Shown: positions 49,270-58,886 of the stretch, one piece after another | Layout of the letters: each line of letters starts with the position of its first letter | Numbering within the stretch: the stretch's first letter is position 1 | NCBI GenBank assembly: GCA_002151525.1 | Contig: MWMJ01000001.1 | Span: forward strand, 48,383-112,382 | DNA: 64,000 nt | Reading direction: 5' to 3' | From: Synechococcus sp. Lanier | Lineage (GTDB): Bacteria > Cyanobacteriota > Cyanobacteriia > PCC-6307 > Cyanobiaceae | Translations under genes and position numbers: made by a program | The notes under the pieces: model-generated | The model's database searches: none | The model's input: only the letters and a program-made list of their open reading frames with translations | Told to the model about the DNA's origin: nothing

Positions 49270-50301
49270 CTATTTTGGAGGTAAGAAGGCAAGTGGATTT
49301 GCCGCGCCACTGCTTGGTGGAATGATCTCAAAATGAAGGTGGGGACCTGTGCTACGGCCAGTGCTTCCCATTAGGGCCAGGGGGGTGCCTTGGCTAACAT
49401 TCATACCCTTGCTAACTAGCAATCTGCTGTTGTGGGCGTAACGGGTGAATGTTCCATCTGGATGGCTAATTTCTACCAAGTAGCCATAGCCACCCTCATT
49501 CCAGCCAGAGCTCGCCACAACACCATCAGCAACAGCAACTATGGGAGTGCCAACATTATTGGCAATATCTATACCACGGTGCATTCTTCCCCAACGCCAA
49601 CCATAACCTGAGGTGAGTGTGCCAACCGCTGGCCAAATGTATCCAGTGAAAGATCTTTGATTTTGTTGATTACCAAAATCCGGTAAACTTGGCCAACTCA
49701 AGCCGCCACTTCCGCCGGGAATGATTCCAAAAGGCAAACGAGCGCGAACAGGTTGCAAAAGCTTAACTGGAGTATCAACCGCCAAGCGAGCAATCGGGTT
49801 CAAGCCAGGATTTAAACGAGTTAATTCATGAACTGGAATTTCATAGCGATCGGCGATTTTAGCGAGGTTATCTCCAAATCTTGCAAATATCGATTTTTGA
49901 GGTGCTGAACGTCGCAGCTGAGAATCATCAATGGCTGCAACTGATTTCAGAAAATCAGCAGAACGGTTAGGCAAGGCAAACCATTCACCAGCTACGAATT
50001 TTCGACTGGTATCGCAATCATTTAAAACTGCAAGCCTTTCAGCAGACAAATCAAGTTGATTTGCTAATTGTTCAACCGTAATGTCATAACGAACCCTAGC
50101 CCAAAGTGAGGGGGTCTCAGAGCTGGCTATAGGTTCAGATTTACTAGGATGGGAACTATGCTGAATTGAATTATTAATTAGAGTGGATGAACTTAAAAAT
50201 GGTGAATGATCAAGATTAGAGCGAACGGGCATACCTGCGGATAGCAGGAATGCAACCGGAAAACTAGTAGAAACAGTTAAAAGCAAAGCGGAAGGCTTCA
50301 T
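49270..50301 (-). CDS. LysM / M23 family peptidoglycan endopeptidase (NlpD-like)
   Basis: Signal peptide, two LysM-like segments, YIWPA-G-LTSGYGWRWGRMHRGIDIA, YAH, GSTGRSTGPHLHFEI. Confidence 0.92.
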   Translation of the reverse strand: MKPSALLLTVSTSFPVAFLLSAGMPVRSNLDHSPFLSSSTLINNSIQHSSHPSKSEPIASSETPSLWARVRYDITVEQLANQLDLSAERLAVLNDCDTSRKFVAGEWFALPNRSADFLKSVAAIDDSQLRRSAPQKSIFARFGDNLAKIADRYEIPVHELTRLNPGLNPIARLAVDTPVKLLQPVRARLPFGIIPGGSGGLSWPSLPDFGNQQNQRSFTGYIWPAVGTLTSGYGWRWGRMHRGIDIANNVGTPIVAVADGVVASSGWNEGGYGYLVEISHPDGTFTRYAHNSRLLVSKGMNVSQGTPLALMGSTGRSTGPHLHFEIIPPSSGAANPLAFLPPK

Positions 50302-50428
50302 GCAAAAGTATCAAAGAACAAGCCGTTGGAGAAGCCAACATCCAACAACTTGGTAACAATACACTATGCTCAAGGGAAAATCAAGTGCCCTAAGTTACAG
50401 AAAGCCCACTAATTAGCGAGATCACTGT

Positions 50429-50890
50429 TCAGCAAAGGCTTTTAATTTGCCTCAAAGCCTCAAAAAGCACAATCGCAACTGCAACTGAAAGATTTAAACT
50501 TCTAACGCTGGCACAAGGGAGTGGGACGGTAAGAAATGCGTCACAATCACTGCGCACGTAATGGGGCAGTCCACTGGTTTCACGCCCAAATATTAGCCAA
50601 TCTGAGTCTAGAAAGCGATAATCGAGATAAGAATCTGGGGCGTGACGACTAAGCGCAACTAGTCTGCCGCCCATTCCGTGGCAATGGCTCAGGCAATCAG
50701 ACCAATTGCCATGGCGATGTAGATCTACAAATGGCCAATAATCAAGACCGGCTCGTTTCAAGCTGCGATCACTAATCTCAAACCCAAGTGGTTCAACTAG
50801 ATGCAGCGGAGTTTTGGTGGCGGCACAGGTGCGGGCAATATTTCCTGTATTTGGTGGTATTTCTGGTTCAAACAGAATGATTCGGGGCAT
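50429..50890 (-). CDS. trmL: tRNA (cytidine/uridine-34 2'-O)-methyltransferase
   Basis: PEIPPNTGNIARTCAA, LKRAGLDYW, FGRETSGLP, RSLNLS. Confidence 0.96.
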   Translation of the reverse strand: MPRIILFEPEIPPNTGNIARTCAATKTPLHLVEPLGFEISDRSLKRAGLDYWPFVDLHRHGNWSDCLSHCHGMGGRLVALSRHAPDSYLDYRFLDSDWLIFGRETSGLPHYVRSDCDAFLTVPLPCASVRSLNLSVAVAIVLFEALRQIKSLC

Positions 50891-50892
50891 CT

Positions 50893-51456
50893 CTAGCTCA
50901 TACCAACAACAGTTGTGCCAAGCCTATGTAAGGGAAGGGCCTCACCCATGCAAACCAACCAGCGCTCGATACAGCAACTTGCACAGGCCCTAGCCAAACT
51001 GCCAAGACGGTCGCGAAAGCAGCCACCAACAGCAGTTGTTGGTACAACTCCCCAGCCCACCTCCTCACTCACAAGAACCACTGGAAGCCTTCGAACTGAT
51101 AAAACCTCAAGAAATTCAGCCTGCATTGCTAGCCATTCCTTGTCGGTAAGCTCAAGTCCAAGGGATACCCAGCTGCCAAGTGAGTCGATCAATAAAAAAT
51201 TATTAGCTAAATCGCTGCTGTTATCCAGGATTTTTAATAACAGATGCGTGTATTCAAGCTCCTTAAGCTGCCAGTAGCTGGGGCGCCTTTGGCGATGAAG
51301 ATCAAGACGTTGCTGCCAGGCTGCATCATCTGGGTATAAATTACCTGGAGCCACATAGCAAATTGGATTATTAGCTGCTTTGGAAACAAGTAATTGTTCA
51401 GCCCACTCACTCTTACCACTGCGGCTAGCACCTGTAACGATGATGTGTTCTGTCAC
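50893..51456 (-). CDS. cobU: Adenosylcobinamide kinase / phosphate guanylyltransferase
   Basis: VTGASRSGKSEWAE, H--RRP--W, LIDSLG-W, VSEEVGWGVVP, FRDRLG. GTG at 51456. Confidence 0.92.
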   Translation of the reverse strand: MTEHIIVTGASRSGKSEWAEQLLVSKAANNPICYVAPGNLYPDDAAWQQRLDLHRQRRPSYWQLKELEYTHLLLKILDNSSDLANNFLLIDSLGSWVSLGLELTDKEWLAMQAEFLEVLSVRRLPVVLVSEEVGWGVVPTTAVGGCFRDRLGSLARACASCCIERWLVCMGEALPLHRLGTTVVGMS

Positions 51457-51464
51457 CGTTGTGT

Positions 51465-52604
51465 TTAACCACCACCATTCATATTTCTCAAGGTGGCCAC
51501 AGAAGATGGAGATACACGATTGAGGTAACGGAAAATCCAATATTTAAATATTGTTGCTAAAATTACAGGGAATGTTGCAATGAAAAGCATTATAAAATTT
51601 TCTTGAGTTGGAAGCCCTAAATGACTTGAAATGCTTTGAAGTAACACAGTCCAACCCTCAGGACTATGGAATCCAACAAATATGTCTGTGAATAGAATAA
51701 TAACAAATGCCTTGGCACTATCACTTAATCCATAAACGGATTCATCAAAGAAGCCACGTAAAACCCTGAGGTCTTCCCTACCTAAAAAACAAACAAAAGT
51801 AAATCCTATAAGTGCAATCAAATCGGAGATAACATTCTTTATGGCTCCGGTGCTCTTGGAATCAGCCTCATCCTTAAGCTGATCAGCCCTTTCAGACAGT
51901 TTTGTTCTTATCTCATCAATGGAAGGGGCATCCCTCCCTGCCAAAAGAGCGTCAAACTCCAATTCCTCTTTATACAAGCGCAATTTACTAACCGCAGCAT
52001 CCTGGAGCTGTGGTTTTGTGTAACTCAAAAAAGGAACTTCAGGCGCTAAACGATCAATTATTGGTGCAACGAGATAGGTGCGTGAAACCTGTTGCAAAAG
52101 CAGGGGCACTAATATAAGAAGTAATAAAATTCTTAGTGACACAAGAGTTGAATCACGCCTGCGGCGAAAGCCGGCAACCAAGCTGGCTTCAGCCTCTGGG
52201 TTCAATTCATTACGAACCCGATCAAAAACACCGAGTAAACTACGGGGTAGTGCTTCTGGCCGGCGTAATATTCCCTGGCTATCGCCACCGCCATAGCGCC
52301 TAACAACCGATTCAATTAACTGCAATTGACGTAGTTCTTGGCTATCTAGCTCCGACCTGTGGATTTCTATAGCACTAACATATTGCCGGCAGTTTGCTAA
52401 GGCTGATCGAAATCTCCTAATAATTTGCGCCTGAGTTGTTTTGGGTAATCCCAAATCCACATCTGTGCGAACCGGTCGATCATTGAAATATTCCAGTTCA
52501 AGGCCCTGAATCATTAGGGCAGATTCATAGGCGAGCTCTAAGTTGCTGCTGAATTGGAGCTCCTCAGCCTTGCCAAAGGCTCCCAACCAATTGTTCATCC
52601 CCAT
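51465..52604 (-). CDS. pcxA: Proton extrusion protein PcxA (CemA/CotA family)
   Basis: YGLSDSAKAFVIILFTDIFVGFHSPEGW, FIATFPVILATIFKYWIFRYLNRVSPS. Confidence 0.93.
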   Translation of the reverse strand: MGMNNWLGAFGKAEELQFSSNLELAYESALMIQGLELEYFNDRPVRTDVDLGLPKTTQAQIIRRFRSALANCRQYVSAIEIHRSELDSQELRQLQLIESVVRRYGGGDSQGILRRPEALPRSLLGVFDRVRNELNPEAEASLVAGFRRRRDSTLVSLRILLLLILVPLLLQQVSRTYLVAPIIDRLAPEVPFLSYTKPQLQDAAVSKLRLYKEELEFDALLAGRDAPSIDEIRTKLSERADQLKDEADSKSTGAIKNVISDLIALIGFTFVCFLGREDLRVLRGFFDESVYGLSDSAKAFVIILFTDIFVGFHSPEGWTVLLQSISSHLGLPTQENFIMLFIATFPVILATIFKYWIFRYLNRVSPSSVATLRNMNGGG

Positions 52605-52641
52605 TTTGGGCCTGATCTATCACTTCCATGATGCCTTGCAA

Positions 52642-53310
52642 TCATCGGGAGAACACCCACCATGTGGCCATCGGCACAAGCGTTCCAACCACCAACAGAA
52701 CAATTACCCATGAGAAAGCATTGCTATTAGCAGTTTCTTCCGCTGTGGGGATATTGGTAACTGGAGCCAACACTTCCTCAACCAGTGGCGGCCCAGGGTC
52801 CTCAGCACCACCAAGCACTATGCCTAGGCGATCAAGACCACTTAATAGGGCTTGGCGATACCTGCCTCCATCACGGAGCGGAACAGCCATGGTTGTTTCT
52901 GCTGTGCTTTTAAGAAGTTCCTCAGGCAGCAGCTTTAAAACAACTGGCGAGGCTTTCACAGAAGCGCTGTTCGAGCCAGTTTCCAGAAGGATAAGAAGCT
53001 CTCCCTGGGTTGGGCTTTGCCAACGCTGTAGCAATTCGTTTGCCAGTTGATCAAGACCAATACCGTAGTCGAGCCGCCTGAAGGTGATAATCCTTGCGTC
53101 GATTCGAGCTTGACTGAACAGCTCAAGTTTTTTTTGTAATTCGGTAATTGCTGCACGGCTGAGCACGTCGGCCCCATCATCCACCTGTTCGTTTGGAGCT
53201 TGAGCGGGGAAATCATCAATCCCAATCGCCCATAGAGGCTGTCCAGGCCACCCTAGCGCGCACATCAAAAACAAAAGGCTGAGTAAGCGCAGGATTGATG
53301 ACGGAACCAT
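52642..53310 (-). CDS. psb32: Photosystem II repair protein Psb32 (TPM domain)
   Basis: Signal peptide, V-D-ADVLSR, RRLDYG, C-terminal TM ending VPMATWW. Confidence 0.85.
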   Translation of the reverse strand: MVPSSILRLLSLLFLMCALGWPGQPLWAIGIDDFPAQAPNEQVDDGADVLSRAAITELQKKLELFSQARIDARIITFRRLDYGIGLDQLANELLQRWQSPTQGELLILLETGSNSASVKASPVVLKLLPEELLKSTAETTMAVPLRDGGRYRQALLSGLDRLGIVLGGAEDPGPPLVEEVLAPVTNIPTAEETANSNAFSWVIVLLVVGTLVPMATWWVFSR

Positions 53311-53333
53311 GTTTGCTCCCCTGAAAGGTTTTC

Positions 53334-53759
53334 TTAGTTTGCCGTGGCCAAGGCATCTCGATGCAAAATATCCATAACTTCAATAATCAATTCAGCCTTA
53401 CCAGGGCTTAGATCTAGGCTCCTAGCTAGAGATTGTAAGAACTCCAGCTCCTCAGCCTCCACCACGCGATCTGCTCTAACCAATTGAGTAGCTACCGCCA
53501 AGGCGGTTTCCCGTTGGGGTGGAGTGAGCTGGGGTAAAGCAGACTGAACAAGACCCTCTGAACCCTGCTCACGCCATAGGGCTAGTAAGCGATCAAAAAG
53601 ATCGGTCATCTCGCGATCGTCCATCGAAGAGAAGGGAGTGCGAAATTCCAATTCAATTCTTAGGCTTCGAGCCTCATCACGGCCCAAAACTCCATCGCTA
53701 GCAACCGCCGCCAGGCAAACGGCAGCAAAGGACTCTGCGCTATTCATTGAAAACACCAA
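53334..53759 (-). CDS. TerB-like (tellurite resistance fold) protein
   Basis: AAVASDG-L---E and RADRVVEAEELEFL--LA--L repeats. Confidence 0.8.
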   Translation of the reverse strand: MVFSMNSAESFAAVCLAAVASDGVLGRDEARSLRIELEFRTPFSSMDDREMTDLFDRLLALWREQGSEGLVQSALPQLTPPQRETALAVATQLVRADRVVEAEELEFLQSLARSLDLSPGKAELIIEVMDILHRDALATAN

Positions 53760-53778
53760 GGTTCAAACCATTTGAGCT

Positions 53779-54489
53779 ATGGAAAGCCAAAATGGCAGCC
53801 CTCCCACGGCAGCAAAACTCGTTATTTGCTGTGGTGGCTTGGGATTAGCTTTGAATTTCACAAATAGCTTCACATTTCCTGAACTTGTTTCACCTGCCCT
53901 AGGCCGAAGCTCTGTGTTGGCTGGTGTGATGGCTGTTGGCCTGATGTTGGTTGGGGTTATCTGGACGCGCGCCAATCCAACGACAAGGGATCGCGTGGAG
54001 CTTGCTGGTAAGGAGGGCTTTGAGTTGTCGGAGCTACTTTCAACTACATGCCAAGACGAAATTGCCTGGGGAAGTGCAATGTTTTTACTCGCCACTCCAG
54101 CGGCCTGTTTGATGCTGGTGTGGGACGGTGAAGTGCTATTGCGGCGGGGAATCCTTGGCGAAAAAAAATTTCTAGAAGGAAACATCCTAAAAAGAGCAAG
54201 GGAGAAGCAACAGCAAATATCTTTAGTGAACCTTGAACTCTATCCAGGTGCTGCAGAATTCAGCTACTTTCCCGAATTGCTTCCAGCAATCCTAGTAACA
54301 CCAATTGGGGAGAGGGGTTGGCTATTGATTGGTGGCTGGTCTGTGCGTTGCTTTAGCCGTAGCGATGAACGCTGGGCCCAAGGCTGGGCAGATAAGCTTA
54401 AAAATGAACTTCAGCAGCCCGGCGCTTTTCTCCAGCCTGGGCCTGGGGGAAACGCAGCTGAGTATGAACCTTCTGGCCCGGTGCAGTAA
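53779..54489 (+). CDS. Cofactor assembly of complex C subunit B (CCB2/CCB4 family, cytochrome b6 heme ci attachment)
   Basis: Two N-terminal TMs, EIAWGS-M-L-ATPA, LVNLELYPG--EF, GGWSVRCFSRSDERW. Confidence 0.75.
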   Translation: MESQNGSPPTAAKLVICCGGLGLALNFTNSFTFPELVSPALGRSSVLAGVMAVGLMLVGVIWTRANPTTRDRVELAGKEGFELSELLSTTCQDEIAWGSAMFLLATPAACLMLVWDGEVLLRRGILGEKKFLEGNILKRAREKQQQISLVNLELYPGAAEFSYFPELLPAILVTPIGERGWLLIGGWSVRCFSRSDERWAQGWADKLKNELQQPGAFLQPGPGGNAAEYEPSGPVQ

Positions 54490-55552
54490 AAATAATCAAG
54501 CCATTATTACCAGTTTTGCCATGTAATTCTTGGGCCGAAGTAACTTGATTGAGCTGATTGCGTTTAAGTTCAACTGCACCAAATGCTGAGACTTCGCCAG
54601 TGCGCCAATTCCAGTTGCAACTATTAGCTGATAGAAATTCACCGGGCTGGTTAAGCTCGCAATTATCACCAATCTTAATCAGATTTTGTTTCTCGAAGAG
54701 CTCAAGATTGGAACCAGCTACTGATAGTTTATCTAAAGTAGCCATAGCCAGGGCAGAGGATGTAATGCGCTCTTCAGTAATCCACCAACGGCTAAGCCCA
54801 GCATTTATTTGCATTTTACGAGCAGGCTCACTAATCAGAACAGGTGGGTAGAAATCAAGCCAATTTTCCCTGGTATTGCCTTGTAGCGAAGCAGCAGTAA
54901 GTGTTCTTTGCTGCTTGCTTGATGGCCTTTGAATACTTTGAATTGGACCTGCAGCAGTTAGCTTGCCGCTTAGAAGCTGCCAATTAGCATCCCTTACACG
55001 AAGATCAAGTTGGGCTAATTGTAAGGGGGTTTGTTTTTTGATCCATTGCTGTAGGCGTGGTTTATCTCGTAATTCAAGTAGCTCCTGGAGCAGATTAAAA
55101 CGTGCTTTGCCCGCAGTTAGGATTCTTGTTGGATCACTAGCCTGAGGTTTGCCAAACAATTCAATCGTATTGGCAGCTGGCCTCCAAAGGGCCCTAGCGG
55201 CAGAGATATGTATCTTACGCTGATCAAGGGTGGAGAGCTTTACACTATCCAATAATTCAATTAGCTCGCCATCATTAGTAACAACACCTTTTTTAGCTGA
55301 AATCTGGTAGGCTGGTTCGCCCTTGCGATAAAGGGTTCCCGAAGGGTTAGAAATAATTGCATTCCTTTGATCCAAACGGTAACTTGCGCGAGGACTATAT
55401 AAATCCCAAAGCCTTAAACCGGCTGAATTATTTTGGTGCAACTTAAGGGATTTAAATTTAAATGGAGGTGCGGTTTCCTTGGGCGGCGAATAGGAATTAC
55501 TGCAACTGCAGAGAAGCAAGATAATTAATATCGATGGAGTAGCTAATTTCAT
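54398..55552 (-). CDS. lptC: LPS export protein LptC family (long form)
   Basis: N-terminal lipoprotein-like signal, L-Q----G---W-L-S--A-Y, repeated beta-jellyroll-like segments. Confidence 0.72.
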   Translation of the reverse strand: MKLATPSILIILLLCSCSNSYSPPKETAPPFKFKSLKLHQNNSAGLRLWDLYSPRASYRLDQRNAIISNPSGTLYRKGEPAYQISAKKGVVTNDGELIELLDSVKLSTLDQRKIHISAARALWRPAANTIELFGKPQASDPTRILTAGKARFNLLQELLELRDKPRLQQWIKKQTPLQLAQLDLRVRDANWQLLSGKLTAAGPIQSIQRPSSKQQRTLTAASLQGNTRENWLDFYPPVLISEPARKMQINAGLSRWWITEERITSSALAMATLDKLSVAGSNLELFEKQNLIKIGDNCELNQPGEFLSANSCNWNWRTGEVSAFGAVELKRNQLNQVTSAQELHGKTGNNGLIIFTAPGQKVHTQLRFPQAQAGEKRRAAEVHF

Positions 55553-55554
55553 AT

Positions 55555-57099
55555 TTATGCTTCAATCTCAAGCCTTTGCATAAGGGGAATCGGCTCATCA
55601 AGATATTTGCCATATTCAAGCTTACCCCAGATTAATTGCGATTTCCAGTCAACTGCAGGTTGATCTAATTGCTGAAGTAAATTTACACTAAGATTTGGAA
55701 GGAGCGGAAAAAGTAAAACACCAACCCATCTAGATGCTTCAAGCACTGCGTATATGTCTGAAGCAACTGCCTCACGGTTGTTTACATCCTTTATGGCAGT
55801 CCATGGTGCTGTTTCGCTAAGATACCCGTTAGCAGCAGTTGCAAGCATTAGGATATTCTCAGATGCGGAGCGAAAATCTAGTTGATCATAATTAGTATCT
55901 AATGATTTAAGGATCTGCTCACACAAAACAGCCAAACGGTGGTCTAAGCCAGGTGGATTTCTAGGAATAGGGACCCCGTTAAACCATTTGCGAGCCATGC
56001 TAATTGTTCTATTTACCAAGTTGCCAATAGTATTCGCCAAATCATTGTTAACAAGATCTACTAAGCGCTGCTGTTGAATATCCCCGTCATCACCAAATTG
56101 AATATCCCTTAGTAAATACCATCTAACAGCATCAACGCCAAAGCTATTTAAAAGCATGCCTGGATCTATGCTGTTGCCGAGGGATTTGCCCATTTTTTGC
56201 CCCTCCCTTGTTAGAAAGCCATGGCCAAAAACAGACTCTGGAGGATCTATCCCAGCTGACATACACATAGCGGGCCAATATATAGCATGAAATCTAAGAA
56301 TATCTTTACCAATTACATGTAGATTTGCAGGCCAACCTCTTGATATAGCAAGATCTAAATCAGGAGCATCGCCCGGTTCTAGTAAAGCTGTTATGTATCC
56401 TAAAAGAGCATCAAACCAAACATAAAAAGTATGCTCTTTATGGCCAGGTACTGGAATTCCCCATGGCAGGTTTAAACGGGAGATCGAAAAATCCTTTAAG
56501 CCTCCAGAGGCGAAGTTCTCCACCTCGCGACGCCTAGAACTAGGCCTAATAAAACCATCCTTACTAATTAATTGATCAATTTGTTTTTGATAGCGGGATA
56601 GACGAAAAAATAAATTTGATTCATCACGCCATTCTAATGAACGTTGATGGGTAGAACATATAGGCGAAGGATTAATGGATGAATCTTGATCTTTAAATTC
56701 ATCTTTGTATTCTTCACATGCAACACAATACCAACCCTGCTGCCTACCTTCAATTATGTCTCCATTTGAAGCAACACGTTCAAAAAACTGATTAACAATC
56801 GCCCTATGGCGTGGATCAGTTGTACGAATAAATCGATTATTACTTATGCCCCATTCTTGCCAATTGTGGTGAAAAATAGCGCTGATATTTTCGCAATGCA
56901 GCTGAGGATCAATGCCAGCCTGCTGGGCTGTGCGAAGAATTTTTTGGCCGTGCTCATCACAACCGGTTATAAAAATTACCTCCTCACCCCTCTGCCTTCG
57001 GTAACGAGCAAGGCTGTCCACAGCCAATGTGGTGTAAACACTGCCAATGTGGGGCCGATCGTTAACGTAGTAGAGCGGCGTGGTGAGGGTGGTTGTCAT
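55555..57099 (-). CDS. metG: Methionine-tRNA ligase
   Basis: TTPLYYVN--PHIGS, TGCDEHGQK, YVWFDALLGY, IGKDILRFHA, KMGKSLGN. Confidence 0.97.
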   Translation of the reverse strand: MTTTLTTPLYYVNDRPHIGSVYTTLAVDSLARYRRQRGEEVIFITGCDEHGQKILRTAQQAGIDPQLHCENISAIFHHNWQEWGISNNRFIRTTDPRHRAIVNQFFERVASNGDIIEGRQQGWYCVACEEYKDEFKDQDSSINPSPICSTHQRSLEWRDESNLFFRLSRYQKQIDQLISKDGFIRPSSRRREVENFASGGLKDFSISRLNLPWGIPVPGHKEHTFYVWFDALLGYITALLEPGDAPDLDLAISRGWPANLHVIGKDILRFHAIYWPAMCMSAGIDPPESVFGHGFLTREGQKMGKSLGNSIDPGMLLNSFGVDAVRWYLLRDIQFGDDGDIQQQRLVDLVNNDLANTIGNLVNRTISMARKWFNGVPIPRNPPGLDHRLAVLCEQILKSLDTNYDQLDFRSASENILMLATAANGYLSETAPWTAIKDVNNREAVASDIYAVLEASRWVGVLLFPLLPNLSVNLLQQLDQPAVDWKSQLIWGKLEYGKYLDEPIPLMQRLEIEA

Positions 57100-57179
57100 T
57101 CGCTCGATCCTAACCATTGGCAGCTAACCACTTTTAGTTCAGCATCTCCCTACGGGGATCGCATCTTGAGGAATCAGCT

Positions 57180-58886
57180 TTGAACCAGGACACATTGAAA
57201 GTACCGGTGCTGGTACTTGGTGGTGGCACTGGAGCCCTTGGGGCTGCTCTGCAATGTGCTCGCAGTGGTACTAAATGCCTGCTTGTTACGCCTGGCCCCT
57301 GGGTTGGGGGGATGCTTAGCGCAAGTGGAGTTTCAGCCCCAGATGGCAATGAACTAACCCCTTGGCAAACGGGTCTTTGGGGCGCACTTTTACGTGAGCT
57401 CAGAATGGCAGTACCTGAGGGATTAGACAATAATTGGGTAAGTTGCTTTGGCTTTCAACCGGCTCAAGCTGAAAAAATATTTCAAAATTGGATAAGGGCT
57501 GAGCCAAACCTCAAGTGGATGAGTGGTTGGAATTTACAAGAACTAACAAAAAAAAATAAATTATTAACTGGGGGTATTTTTAGTAATGGTATTAATCAAT
57601 TGCAAGTAAAATTTGATCTGATAATCGACGGTACAGAATTGGCTGAAAGTATGGTTTATGCTGATGTGCCCTACCGGCTAGGTTGGGAAGCAAAAGAAGA
57701 GTGGGATGAGCCAAGTGCTCCAGAAAAAATCAAACTGGAGCAGGATCCATTTTTCCAAACTCAAGTGGTGCAATCACCCACATGGGTTTTCTTGGCGCGC
57801 TGGCAAGGGGATTGGAATGAAAGCAGCCAAGTTTTTAGGCAAAACAAACAACCGGCTGCTCCGTTTCAAGATTGCCTTAAACCCCATGGTTTATTGAGGT
57901 GCCTTAGCTACGGCAGACTACCAGAAGATTTACTGATGCTTAATTGGCCGATCAATGGCAACGATTGGCACGAAGATCCATTGGCGCCATTTAGTGGTTC
58001 AACAAACCGAATCGCCAATCATCTAGATGGCATGCGTGTCCATAGCCAAAACTTTTTTAAGGAATTGCAATCAATAACTGGGGGATTACTAATCACATCT
58101 GAAGATAATGGACTTGCTTTTCAGCCCTATTGGCGTGAAAGTAGGCGCATAGTTGGCAAGTACACTGTTACAGAGCAAGACCTGCTGCCAGCAACACTTA
58201 ATAGTGATATTAACCAATCAAGTATTGCCATTGGTAATTATCCAAATGACCATCACTATCCCGGTCCAGACTGGCCTTTAGCCCCTAAGAGTAAAGCCTG
58301 GGGCGGTAGATGGAGCGGCACTCCCTTTTGCATTCCTTTTGATGCACTATTTGGATGCGATGCTGCAAATTTATTGATGGCCGATAAAGGAATAAGTGTT
58401 AGTCATATGGCCAATGGCGCAACACGATTAGGGCCATTGGTGCTAAATATTGGTCAGGCAGCAGGCATGGCAGCAGCGCTTTGCAGCCAAACTAAAATAT
58501 TACCAGAACAGTTAAACATAAAAATATTACAAAAGGCACTGATTAATGAGAGAACTGCTCCCTCAGCACCTTTTATTAATGAAGATTTAGCTTGGCATTC
58601 GCCTGCTTGGCGCCAAACTCAGCTATGTGCACTTAATGATAAAAAAACAGCTGTAACTCCCACTGATGCGCCACCTGAACCAGGAGAATATTCACAGGAA
58701 ATGGAATTAAATATCAATAGTGAGGATCAATGGTTTGGTTACTGCGGATCAAAGCGATGGCCTCTTATTACCCTTGAGCCAATGGTTAGAAAGCAAATAA
58801 CTAAACTAGATCGAAAAAAAGTTACGGTTGTTGGCCGCTGGAATCCATGGGGACCGTGGTGGCGAATCAATAGATTGTTGCCTTGA
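57180..58886 (+). CDS. FAD-dependent oxidoreductase of unknown substrate
   Basis: VLVLGGGTG Rossmann motif, GGMLSASGV, IDGTEL, PYWRESRR--G, ISVSHMANGATRL. Confidence 0.85.
   Translation: MNQDTLKVPVLVLGGGTGALGAALQCARSGTKCLLVTPGPWVGGMLSASGVSAPDGNELTPWQTGLWGALLRELRMAVPEGLDNNWVSCFGFQPAQAEKIFQNWIRAEPNLKWMSGWNLQELTKKNKLLTGGIFSNGINQLQVKFDLIIDGTELAESMVYADVPYRLGWEAKEEWDEPSAPEKIKLEQDPFFQTQVVQSPTWVFLARWQGDWNESSQVFRQNKQPAAPFQDCLKPHGLLRCLSYGRLPEDLLMLNWPINGNDWHEDPLAPFSGSTNRIANHLDGMRVHSQNFFKELQSITGGLLITSEDNGLAFQPYWRESRRIVGKYTVTEQDLLPATLNSDINQSSIAIGNYPNDHHYPGPDWPLAPKSKAWGGRWSGTPFCIPFDALFGCDAANLLMADKGISVSHMANGATRLGPLVLNIGQAAGMAAALCSQTKILPEQLNIKILQKALINERTAPSAPFINEDLAWHSPAWRQTQLCALNDKKTAVTPTDAPPEPGEYSQEMELNINSEDQWFGYCGSKRWPLITLEPMVRKQITKLDRKKVTVVGRWNPWGPWWRINRLLP

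Noticed and set aside
49140-49270. tRNA-Met as a possible integration site or genomic island boundary
   Set aside because: No integrase, no duplicated tRNA 3' end seen in the window, and the flanking genes look ordinary.
53334-53759. TerB-like gene as part of a ter stress or anti-phage island
   Set aside because: It is solitary among core photosynthesis genes, with no other ter genes.
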